DNA of 17,058 nucleotides from a bacterium (GTDB lineage: Bacteria > SZUA-182 > DTGQ01), in contig JBFMGO010000122.1 in NCBI GenBank assembly GCA_040752695.1, forward strand, positions 1-17,058, in the 5' to 3' direction. The notes beneath the pieces were generated by a model, which worked only from the letters and a program-made list of their open reading frames with translations, searched no databases and was not told the origin of the DNA. Both the position numbers and the translations under genes were made by a program. This document shows, piece by piece, positions 1-8,272 of this stretch. Each line of letters begins with the position of its first letter. The first letter of the stretch is position 1.

Positions 1-1
1 T

Positions 2-991
2 CTGGAACTGGGGATCAAGGGTGAAGCAGAGGCTCAAGTTTTCCAAGAGGGGAGCATCTGCCTCTCGGCCAAAATGATGGTTGATATCCTTCGGGAATTA
101 CCGGATAAGGCCGAGGTCCACCTTTCACTGGAGGAAAACAACAGGGTCAAAATTGCCTGCGGCGGAAAGATTTGCTTCCATCTGGCCGGGCTTCCGGCAG
201 AGGAATTCCCTCCTTTTCCTACCTACGAGTTAGAAGGGCTGATTTCGATGCCGAGAGAGGCTTTAAGGGAAATGATTGCCAAAATTAACATTACTGTCCC
301 GCTTGTCGAGCAAAAACACCTGAGTGCGCCAAATGGGGCGCTGCTTGAGGTTGATCAGGAATCCATGGAAATGATGGGAACCGACGGGCACCGGCTCTCT
401 TATATCAAAAAGCCCGGAGTCGAGGGCCTGAGTCAAAAGCTCAAGGTGATCCTGCCGAAAAAATCCATGAATGAGTTAAAGCGGATTTTGGACGACTCCC
501 AGGACATAGACAGCATTTCCGTAGGTTTTTTCGAGAATCAGGCGATCTTTAAAATCGGTCCGGTAGAGCTGTTCTCACGCCTTCTTGAAACCTACTTCCC
601 GAATATTCGGCCAAGGATTGCCAGAGTGAATGATAAGATCTTGCATATTAACCGTCAGGATTTTCGGCAGGCTGTCAAAAGGGTTTCAATCTTTACCGAA
701 GAAAAGGAAAAGTACATACGCTTGAGACTGGATGAGGGGACTCTTTATCTCAGCTCCCAGAACCTGGGAGTGGGGGATGCCGAGGATCAGCTCCAGATTG
801 AGTACGACGGGGAATCCATGGAGATTGGGTTTAATTCCAATTTTATCCTTGATATTTTAAATATCCTGCCGCAAGAGCAGGTAGTTCTGGAATTAAGTGA
901 TCAGGGTTCGCACGGAATTATCCGCCAGCCGGACAACCGCGATTACCTTTATCTTATCATGCCCATTAAGCTCTATGATGACGAGTATTAA
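2..991 (+). CDS. dnaN: DNA polymerase III beta sliding clamp, 5'-truncated by the window edge
   Basis: The frame is open from base 2 (LELGIKGEAEAQVFQEGSICLSAKMM...). It carries the clamp motifs GLPAEEFP, GTDGHRLS, LPKK, SRLLETYFPN, EIGFNSNFILD and the C-terminal YLIMPI. Confidence 0.95.
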   Translation: MELGIKGEAEAQVFQEGSICLSAKMMVDILRELPDKAEVHLSLEENNRVKIACGGKICFHLAGLPAEEFPPFPTYELEGLISMPREALREMIAKINITVPLVEQKHLSAPNGALLEVDQESMEMMGTDGHRLSYIKKPGVEGLSQKLKVILPKKSMNELKRILDDSQDIDSISVGFFENQAIFKIGPVELFSRLLETYFPNIRPRIARVNDKILHINRQDFRQAVKRVSIFTEEKEKYIRLRLDEGTLYLSSQNLGVGDAEDQLQIEYDGESMEIGFNSNFILDILNILPQEQVVLELSDQGSHGIIRQPDNRDYLYLIMPIKLYDDEY

Positions 992-1031
992 AAGAGCTGC
1001 GGCCTGCAAGCAGCGGGGCTTTCAGGGCTCT

Positions 1032-1182
1032 GAGTCGCGGGTTTAGGATGGAAATCCGAATTTATCAGTTGCGAGTTGCGGGTTATAGGTTTATGATTGG
1101 GGAGAGAGTCGCGGGTTATGAGGTATCATTTCGGTAGCATTTCAAGGATTGAGATTCAGGTGGCGGCTCATGCCTCATAACC
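1032..1182. repeat. Intergenic short repeats plus an inverted repeat
   Basis: GAGT(C/T)GCGGGTT occurs at 1032, 1073 and 1106. GGTTATGAGGTA (1114-1125) is complementary to TGCCTCATAACC (1171-1182) with one G-T pair. Confidence 0.6.
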
Positions 1183-1272
1183 GTCTGTCACGACATGGCA
1201 CTTGGCTTATCATACGCTTAAAGGGCGCAACGTGCACGAGGCATCTTATAACGCGAGTTAGTCAGGGGGAAA

Positions 1273-2076
1273 ATGAAAACTCATAGTGAGCAGGAAAAGG
1301 TCACTATAGTATTGACCAATGATGACGGAATTCATTCAGAGGGCCTGTACGCTCTTTATCGGGGGTTGCAGGATGTGGCTAAGGTAGTCATCGTCGCTCC
1401 CAGCGGGGAGCGCAGCGCCTGTGGTCACTCTATCACGCTGTCTCATCCCTTGCGAATTGAAGAGGTCAGAAAAAATGACCAATTTTATGGATACGCTGTA
1501 AGCGGAACTCCGGTCGATTGTGTAAAACTGGCTATCAGTGTTATCCTGGAATCACCACCGGATATGATCATTTCGGGAATAAACTGGGGATTGAATACCG
1601 GTGTACATATCATGTATTCGGGTACTGTCTCTGCTGCTGCTGAAGCCACTATCCTGGGCATTCCGGCCATGGCTGTTTCGCTGGCTCCGGTGGATTTCTC
1701 TCATTTTGATCCTTCCGCTCAATTTGCCCGAAAGGTGGCTCTTGGGGTCTTACAGCAGGGGTTGCCTCCTGGAACGCTCCTCAATATTAACATACCAGCT
1801 CTGCTGGGAACCGGCCAATTACCCGAAGTGACCATAACCAGGCACGCCCAGTGTTTCTTGAAGGATTATTTCCAGAGGAGAATCGATCCGAGGAATAATG
1901 CTTACTACTGGCTGGACTCGGAGGAGATGACCGCGAAGGAAAGAGGGGATGTGGATGTGGAGGCTGTTCGAAGCGGAAAGATTTCCATAACACCGATCCG
2001 CTTCGATTTAACGGACCATCAATTTATTCATTCGCTGCGGGCATGGCCGATCCTGGAGTCTTTAAAGGAGAGATAA
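1273..2076 (+). CDS. surE: 5'/3'-nucleotidase SurE
   Basis: Motifs LTNDDGI, SACGHSITL, SGTPVDCV, SGINWGLNTG, YSGTVSAAAEA and ISITPI. RBS-like AGGGGG lies upstream. Confidence 0.96.
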   Translation: MKTHSEQEKVTIVLTNDDGIHSEGLYALYRGLQDVAKVVIVAPSGERSACGHSITLSHPLRIEEVRKNDQFYGYAVSGTPVDCVKLAISVILESPPDMIISGINWGLNTGVHIMYSGTVSAAAEATILGIPAMAVSLAPVDFSHFDPSAQFARKVALGVLQQGLPPGTLLNINIPALLGTGQLPEVTITRHAQCFLKDYFQRRIDPRNNAYYWLDSEEMTAKERGDVDVEAVRSGKISITPIRFDLTDHQFIHSLRAWPILESLKER

Positions 2077-2127
2077 TCCTGGAATCTTTAAAGGAGGGAC
2101 AATTCGAGAGTCTTTAAAGGAGAGACA
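2050..2127. repeat. 3 x 26-bp tandem repeat copying the surE 3' end
   Basis: ATCCTGGAGTCTTTAAAGGAGAGATA / ATCCTGGAATCTTTAAAGGAGGGACA / ATTCGAGAGTCTTTAAAGGAGAGACA. Confidence 0.9.
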
Positions 2128-2231
2128 ATCTGATGCCTTGAATTTTCTTTCTATCCAGGAAATTCTTTCTTTTTGAAGGTTGGAGTCTTTTTTCGGCCAC
2201 TGATCAGAGCTTGCAAAAGATGATAACGAGC

Positions 2232-2273
2232 AATGAAGGTGAGACATTGTTTAATGAAGGTGAGACATCGTTT
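2232..2273. repeat. 2 x 21-bp tandem repeat
   Basis: AATGAAGGTGAGACATTGTTT / AATGAAGGTGAGACATCGTTT. Confidence 0.9.
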
Positions 2274-2365
2274 ATGGATCAATAAAGGGCAGGTATGACA
2301 GGCAGTAGAAAAGCATGGGCTGTGGACACATGATCAAACCTTATTCAATAATGGTGAAATAAAAA

Positions 2366-3406
2366 ATGGATGGGTTAATAGACGACAAAGCGACTGATTT
2401 AGCCGTAGAGTTGCAGGAATCAGAAAGAACAAGAGCAAAGTTAATAGAAAGAAGTAAGTTTCAATACCGGGAAAATAAAAGATTAAAGAAGACCATAGAA
2501 AAGCTTATTCTTGATAAAAATGACCTGAAAAAAGATCTGAACCGGCTTACTCAAGATAATCAGAAAACAAAGAAGAGGATGAAATCAGTTCTGGAAAAAC
2601 TCAATAAGATTCAGGAACTGGATCAGGAGAACAAAGGACTGAAGGAGGAAATAGCCAGGGAGAAAGAGAAGCTGAAGGAGTTAAACTCCTTGAAGGCGGA
2701 GAGAACCCAGTTCCTCTCGAAGTATGAGGAGGCTAAAAAGCAGATTGCCTATATGGTCGAGATGGTTTTGGCTGAGCGCTACGATCTGATTAACCGGCTG
2801 AAAGGGTTGATCCGTGAAATCCCTGTCGATTACAGGGACATAGAAAAGAAGATGAAGCTGGCCAACAGGGTCAAGCATAAAACAGGAAAAAACGCGCAAG
2901 TGGCTTTATTTGTGGATGTCCAGAATATGTTCTACTCTGCCAAGAACCTTTACAATGGCAGACTGGATTACGAAAAATTTATGAAAGCCGCAGTGGGTGA
3001 CCGTACTTTAGTTCAGGCAACCGCCTACATTGTACAGACACCGGATATCGATCAGACAAAATTTATATCGCTGCTCAAGAGCATTGGCTATGTGGTACGG
3101 GCTATGGATTTAAAGACCGGTACCGGAGGATTTGCCAAGGGAAATTGGGATGTGGGCATGACTATTGATATGTTAAATGTAATCGATAAGGTCGATGCCC
3201 TGGTCCTGGCGACCGGAGATGGAGATTTCGTGCCAATCGTCAAGCTGTTTCAAAAGAAAGGTGTCCGGGTGGAGATCGTCTCATTTGCTTATAATACGGC
3301 CATCGATCTTAAGGAAATTGCAGACCGGTTTTATCCGATCACCGAAGAGTTGCTGATTCAGGACTCTTCGAATAATTATTCAAAAAATGCGTCTGAAAAG
3401 TCCTGA
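2366..3406 (+). CDS. NYN (LabA/DUF88, PIN-like) domain protein with a long N-terminal coiled coil
   Basis: The C-terminal half has VALFVDVQNM, KGNWDVGMTID, LATGDGDFVP and LKEIADRF (NYN acidic motifs). The first ~170 aa are K/E/L-rich with a heptad-like pattern. Confidence 0.88.
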   Translation: MDGLIDDKATDLAVELQESERTRAKLIERSKFQYRENKRLKKTIEKLILDKNDLKKDLNRLTQDNQKTKKRMKSVLEKLNKIQELDQENKGLKEEIAREKEKLKELNSLKAERTQFLSKYEEAKKQIAYMVEMVLAERYDLINRLKGLIREIPVDYRDIEKKMKLANRVKHKTGKNAQVALFVDVQNMFYSAKNLYNGRLDYEKFMKAAVGDRTLVQATAYIVQTPDIDQTKFISLLKSIGYVVRAMDLKTGTGGFAKGNWDVGMTIDMLNVIDKVDALVLATGDGDFVPIVKLFQKKGVRVEIVSFAYNTAIDLKEIADRFYPITEELLIQDSSNNYSKNASEKS

Positions 3407-3569
3407 GCAAAGATCACCAAACCGCGCATTCCTGGTGTTTGTGTGTCCCAACGTTGTGGCCGGTCTTTAAGAACAGGCACGGCAGCCATAACCATTTTCG
3501 AGCGGTTTTTGGCATTTTCAGGCATTTACAGTCATTATTGAGCATTCCACCACGGGAGATCATTGAAAG

Positions 3570-5291
3570 ATGCATTCCTATTCAGTGGGCATAGAGATTG
3601 GCTCTTCGCAGATTACGATAATCCAGGTTAAAAAGAAGGCCAATTCGGTTGAGATTGTCAGGTTTTTTCGTCACCAGATTTCGCCTGATGAAGATATCTC
3701 TGCAATCATCAAACGGATTCTGACCGAAAACAAAATCCGGGGAGATCTTATCGTTGCTGGAATTTCGAGTCAAAAGGCTATTTTCAGGAGTATTACCCTG
3801 CCGTTCAGGGATCGAAATAAAATCCACAAGGTTGCCAGGTTTGAGGTAGAGTCTTCCCTCCCTTATCCGGCCGAAGAGGCTGTTCTCGCTCTTCAGGTCC
3901 GCGATGGCAAGGATGCGATATCCTCCGATCTGTTCATCGGAGCAGTGAAAAAAGAAACCGTGGCATCCTGCTGCCAGTCTTTGAATGCTGCAGGAATCGA
4001 TCCTTATCTTGTCCTGCTGGATTGTACGGCCTTGTATGATCTATATCTGCACGCTTTTCCTTCCAGCCAGGAAGTCATCGCTCTGGTCGACATCGATGAA
4101 GAAAGAATATTGATGATCGTTGTCCAGGGAGAGCATCTTCTGTTTTCACGAAGCATTTCCAATCCGGTGAGACCCTGGCCGGAGAGCGCCAGTCAGGCAA
4201 AAGGGGCAACAAGGCAGTTCGATTCCAGTCTGCCGCCGCAGGCAGAAAGAGCCATCACTGGAGTCACCCCCGGAGAGGAAGGCGATGTCAGCCAGCCCAC
4301 AGGGGAGAAATCCATCGGCGCTGAGCCCGATGCCGCCAGCCAGTCCCCTTCAGACCGATCCCCTTTCGGTGAGCATAGCCGGATCGAAAGCCTGCCGCCT
4401 CCCTCTAAAAGCGAGGCACCCTCCGGGACCTTGGAACTTCCCAAAGCGGCCCTGGATTTCATTCTTGAAGAAATTGACCTTACCATCTATGCTTGTTCCG
4501 CACAGCTCATGCTGCCGAACGATTCGATTTCCCGCATAGTGCTGATGGGAAAGGTTGGGGGGTATGAAGGAATAAGCGATTATTTTACCCAAAGACTTGA
4601 GATCGAAACCTCGGTCTTCAATCCCATAGAAGCGGCAGGAGAGGAAAATGCCGCCTTTCGGGACCGGGCCTTATCACATTCCCTGGCTGTTCCCCTGGGA
4701 TTGGTTCTGGGGGGAAAGAAGGATAAAAAGAGCAGACTTAACCTGAGGCAGGAAGAATTGGCCTACCAGAGGAAGTACACTCAGTTTAAGGAGATGGCCA
4801 TTGTCCTGGTTGTGTTGATCATAGCGACGGTTTCTTTGCTGACCCTGAATATTCGTTACAGAACCACTGTTCAGCAGGAGAAGCTCAATCAGATTAACCA
4901 TGATATTAATCAAATCTACCAGGAGATTTTCCCTGGAGCCAAGCATGTGGATGATGAGCTTTTAGAAGCAAAAAAGGCCCTCAATGCTGAGAAGGAAAGA
5001 TATAAAATTTATAAGATATTTGCTCATAAGTTCTTGACTCACCTGGATATTCTCAAAGACCTGAGTATCCAGGCACCTGAAGAAATCCAGGTCGAATTCG
5101 TAGACCTGTCGATCGATAAAAACCAGGTAAAGATAAAAGGCATTGCTGATTCTTTCGAATCTATTGATCGGCTGAAGAACCGTCTGCAAAAAACCAAACA
5201 GTATGCGCAAACCGTTGTTGAAAGCGCAAAAGTCAAGGGAGCTGAGAATAAGGTGGATTTTCGGCTCAATATTACGATATCAGATTCCTGA
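3570..5291 (+). CDS. GspL-like / PilM-PilN-type assembly protein (type II secretion or type IV pilus)
   Basis: Actin-like motifs VGIEIGSSQI, RSITLPF, FEVESSLPYP, ALVDID, LLFSRSI and IVLMG. These are followed by LNLRQEEL, one TM helix (MAIVLVVLIIATVSLLTL) and a PilN-like periplasmic domain (IKGIADSFESIDRLKNRL). Confidence 0.82.
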   Translation: MHSYSVGIEIGSSQITIIQVKKKANSVEIVRFFRHQISPDEDISAIIKRILTENKIRGDLIVAGISSQKAIFRSITLPFRDRNKIHKVARFEVESSLPYPAEEAVLALQVRDGKDAISSDLFIGAVKKETVASCCQSLNAAGIDPYLVLLDCTALYDLYLHAFPSSQEVIALVDIDEERILMIVVQGEHLLFSRSISNPVRPWPESASQAKGATRQFDSSLPPQAERAITGVTPGEEGDVSQPTGEKSIGAEPDAASQSPSDRSPFGEHSRIESLPPPSKSEAPSGTLELPKAALDFILEEIDLTIYACSAQLMLPNDSISRIVLMGKVGGYEGISDYFTQRLEIETSVFNPIEAAGEENAAFRDRALSHSLAVPLGLVLGGKKDKKSRLNLRQEELAYQRKYTQFKEMAIVLVVLIIATVSLLTLNIRYRTTVQQEKLNQINHDINQIYQEIFPGAKHVDDELLEAKKALNAEKERYKIYKIFAHKFLTHLDILKDLSIQAPEEIQVEFVDLSIDKNQVKIKGIADSFESIDRLKNRLQKTKQYAQTVVESAKVKGAENKVDFRLNITISDS

Positions 5292-5302
5292 CAATCGAAA
5301 TT

Positions 5303-5487
5303 CAGAAGCCAGAAGTCTGGAGTCTGGAGAAAGAGGTCTTGAGCCAGAAATCTGGAGAGAGGGCTAGAGCTGGAATTCAGGAGTCAGGAGCCAGAAATCT
5401 GGGGAAGGGGCCTAGAGCTGGAATTCAGGTGCTAGGAGAAAGGATTCAAAGGCGGGAACCGAAAGGCAGGAGTCAGGAGCCGGAAGT
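5303..5487. repeat. Purine-rich heptamer repeat tract containing a 41/42-bp duplication
   Basis: CAGAAGC/CAGAAGT/CTGGAGT/CAGGAGT-type heptamers. GAGCCAGAAATCTGG...CTAGAGCTGGAATTCAGG occurs at 5341-5381 and 5388-5429. CAGGAGTCAGGAGCC occurs at 5378 and 5467. Confidence 0.85.
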
Positions 5488-5552
5488 TTGACTTTTGAAT
5501 TCTCATTCGTCAGTTATCCATTTTCTAACCATTAGGAGGGGATAAGAGAATA

Positions 5553-6920
5553 ATGATAAACCCACAAATATTTCGGGAGTACGATATTCGGGGCGTAGTT
5601 GAAAAGGATCTCACCGAGGAGGTTGTCAAGACTCTGGGGAAAGCTTACGGCACCTACCTGAGGCAGCAGAACAAAAAAAGTCTTACTGTGGGAAGAGACA
5701 ACCGTTTAAGTTCTGAAAGGTTCCGTAACGCTCTGGTGGAAGGGCTTTTGTCAACAGGATGCAGCGTGATTGACCTTGGGGTCTGCCCCACGCCAGCCCT
5801 TTATTTTTCTCTGTACCACCTTAACCCTGATGCGGGAATGATGATTACGGCTAGTCACAATCCACCTCAATTTAACGGATTCAAGCTCTGCGATGGGAAG
5901 GAGAGCTTGTATGGGGAAAAAATCCAGAATATCCGTAAAATTGCCGAGCAGGGTGAATTTATCCAGGGCAAGGGAGGAACAGTGAGTACCTGCCAGATTA
6001 TTGAGCCCTATATGGCCACTATCAGAGAAAACGTGCATCTGAAAAGAGGCTTGAAAGTCGTCGTGGATGCGGGCAATGGAACGGCCAGCCCCATTGTCCC
6101 GGATCTGTTTCGGAAGCTGGGGTGCAAAGTAGAGGCGCTGTTCTGTGAGATGGACGGCAATTTTCCCAATCATTTCCCTGATCCTACGGTTCCTGAGAAT
6201 CTGACCTCTTTGATCCAGAGAGTCAAGGAGAGTTCCGCTGATGTCGGCCTGGCTTACGACGGGGATTCTGACCGGATCGGAGTAGTGGATAATCAGGGAG
6301 GTATAATCTGGGGAGACCAGCTTATGGTCATCTTTGCACGCGATATTTTAAGCCGTAATCCTGGAGCCAGCATCATCTTTGAAGTGAAATGTTCGCAGAA
6401 CCTCGAACAGGACATTGTAAAGCATGGCGGACGGCCCATCATGTGGAAAACGGGGCACTCTCTGATTAAAAAGAAAATGAAAGAAGAAAATGCCCTGCTG
6501 GCAGGAGAGATGAGCGGCCATATCTTCTTTGCAGATGGATATTTCGGATATGATGATGCTATTTTCGCTTCTTGCCGGCTGGTCGAGATCTTATCCGAAT
6601 CTTCACAAACCATATCGGAAATGATCTCCGATTTACCCAAAACGTACTCAACTCCGGAAATTCGGGTCGATTGTGCAGATGAAGAGAAATTTCATATTAT
6701 AGAGGTTTTAAAGGAACACTTCCAAAAGAAATACAGGCTGGTGGACATCGACGGCATCCGCATCCTGTTCGACCATGGATGGGCCCTTATCCGCGCATCC
6801 AATACCCAGCCCGCGCTGGTCCTTCGTTTTGAATCCATCAGCAGAGAGGGACTGGAGGAAATCCAGAACCTGGTGATGGCGAAACTTCAAGAAAACCCGG
6901 TTGTAAGCTGCCGATTTTAG
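5553..6920 (+). CDS. Phosphomannomutase/phosphoglucomutase (AlgC/ManB-like)
   Basis: Motifs IFREYDIRG, active-site MITASHNP, metal loop DGDSDR, GEMSGH and RASNTQP. RBS AGGAGG lies upstream. Confidence 0.96.
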   Translation: MINPQIFREYDIRGVVEKDLTEEVVKTLGKAYGTYLRQQNKKSLTVGRDNRLSSERFRNALVEGLLSTGCSVIDLGVCPTPALYFSLYHLNPDAGMMITASHNPPQFNGFKLCDGKESLYGEKIQNIRKIAEQGEFIQGKGGTVSTCQIIEPYMATIRENVHLKRGLKVVVDAGNGTASPIVPDLFRKLGCKVEALFCEMDGNFPNHFPDPTVPENLTSLIQRVKESSADVGLAYDGDSDRIGVVDNQGGIIWGDQLMVIFARDILSRNPGASIIFEVKCSQNLEQDIVKHGGRPIMWKTGHSLIKKKMKEENALLAGEMSGHIFFADGYFGYDDAIFASCRLVEILSESSQTISEMISDLPKTYSTPEIRVDCADEEKFHIIEVLKEHFQKKYRLVDIDGIRILFDHGWALIRASNTQPALVLRFESISREGLEEIQNLVMAKLQENPVVSCRF

Positions 6921-6929
6921 TTTGAAATC

Positions 6930-7013
6930 GAGCTACAAAGGCATAAGGGTACAAGATGACAGGTGCTCTGTTCTTGGTTATCCTCCTTGTGCCTCCTTAT
7001 GCCTTTGTGGTTC
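6930..7013. repeat. Long inverted repeat (REP-like, or a bidirectional terminator between convergent genes)
   Basis: GAGCTACAAAGGCATAAGG (6930-6948) pairs fully with CCTTATGCCTTTGTGGTTC (6995-7013) if two G-U pairs are allowed. An inner GTACAAG/CTTGTGC pairing is also present. Confidence 0.75.
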
Positions 7014-7115
7014 ATGTCTTCAAAGCTGTTTGCTGTCTACACTATTTGATGCTGGTAGTTCAATTGATCCTACAGAGGCTGATCCCACTGCTGATACGAG
7101 GAGAACGTCCAGAGC

Positions 7116-7196
7116 TGCCATACTTGCCATGATTGCCAGATCAGCCATGACTGCGTTGACTGCCAGATCAGCCATGGCTGCCATGACTGCGTGGTC
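7116..7196. repeat. Array of nine degenerate 9-bp units (TGCCATGAC-like)
   Basis: tgccatact tgccatgat tgccagatc agccatgac tgcgttgac tgccagatc agccatggc tgccatgac tgcgtggtc. Confidence 0.88.
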
Positions 7197-7225
7197 AATG
7201 GCAACAGAACAAATGAATCGCTACT

Positions 7226-7947
7226 TTAAAATTTATTGAAATAATATGTGCCTATTTTATCTCGTCTGCTCTTTTTTGGAAAGCCTCTCAGTATTCCACC
7301 CCATTCAAGCACAACAAAGCCTTTCCGTTCTGGAGTCTTCATTACAGGAGCATCCAGAAGTTTATACTCATTCAGTGGAGTGAAATGAAAGATAACTCTT
7401 ATGAGTGTATCAGGGGCTGGAGTAATGGTCAGCTTTGCGTATTCATCTAAAAATTCATGGCTCAGCAATTTCAGCTCATAAAAGCCGCTCCCCTGGAGCC
7501 GCTCTAACCAGTATTCCATAAACTGCTCTTTCTCCCTTATGTTCAGTCCCAGTTTTGGCAAGTATTCGCTAAACCATTCCTTAAGATCCTCCTGAGCAAT
7601 TACCCAGCCCTTATCAGGCAACTCCAATCCATTGAGCTGAGCTTCCCAGAAAAGATAACCGTATTGCTTCCCCTGGCTCTCATCGGTTATTGTTCCATCT
7701 GCCTTTGCAAGTACATACCAACCGTCATGATAAGGGGGAATAGTCTTGGTGATTTCGCCATTGACATCAAGTTCAACTCTTACCATGGGCGTCCTTCTGG
7801 GGATAAAGATAAGTTGCTGGTTTCGCACAGACAATGCTTAGAAATGTTTCTTGCAGCTTTTTACCAATTATGTGAAGAGCCACTGTTAAACAAAATAATA
7901 TTAAGAAATATAGCTATGAGCAGCTTTTTTACCCTGGATTTATTCAC
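7226..7947 (-). pseudogene. Frameshifted gene of the conserved hypothetical 'KPxxYLYP...YLFWE...EWGG' exported protein family
   Basis: Frame 1: GTG at 7947 after an AG-rich RBS gives MNKSRVKKLLIAIFLNIILF..., with a stop at 7863-7861. Frame 2: ...LQETFLSIVCAKPATYLYPQKDA, with KPATYLYP at 7823-7800. Frame 3 from ~7786: MVRVELDVNG...YGYLFWEA...EQFMEYW...PDTLIRV...RKGFVVLEWGG. Two single-base shifts join the three pieces. Confidence 0.75.
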
Positions 7948-7979
7948 CGTATCCCTTCTCTTTCATCTTGAAAAGAAAC

Positions 7980-8009
7980 AGTTCGCAAATATCAAAGTTC
8001 GCAAATATC
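7980..8009. repeat. Direct repeat with a 16-bp period
   Basis: AGTTCGCAAATATC at 7980-7993 and 7996-8009. Confidence 0.85.
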
Positions 8010-8010
8010 T

Positions 8011-8068
8011 TTGATAAATTTATAGTCAATATAGTATAATTATATAAATATCATAGTCAATTTGTCAA
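8011..8068. promoter_or_regulatory. Overlapping divergent sigma70-type promoters
   Basis: Minus strand: TTGACA (8068-8063)-18 nt-TATAAT (8044-8039). Plus strand: TTGATA (8011-8016)-18 nt-TATAAT (8035-8040). The site lies between divergent genes. Confidence 0.65.
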
Positions 8069-8272
8069 AGTAAGGTGCCAGGTGGGGCCTTGAAAATGGG
8101 CAGCCGTCTCATTAATGGTACAGTTTTCCCTTGACTGAATCTAATGGATGAAAGAAAGATGGATTTATTGCAGGTATCCTGAATGAAGTATTGGCGCGAT
8201 GTAAGAAATCCTCCATCCTTAATCTCTCTGGTATTTTCCACTGCCTCTGTAAAACGAGAAGTGAGGTTAAGA

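Noticed and set aside
2050..2273. CRISPR array from the 26-bp and 21-bp repeats
   Set aside because: The repeats are directly tandem with no unique spacers, and there are no cas genes.
7095..7229. c-type cytochrome from the + strand reading CHTCHDC (CxxCH)
   Set aside because: The frame is bounded by TGA at 7092 with no start codon or signal peptide. The Cys periodicity follows from the TGC in the repeat unit.
6922..7239. 105-aa + strand ORF
   Set aside because: It has a TTG start without an RBS and is built from a palindrome and the 9-bp array, so it is probably open by chance.
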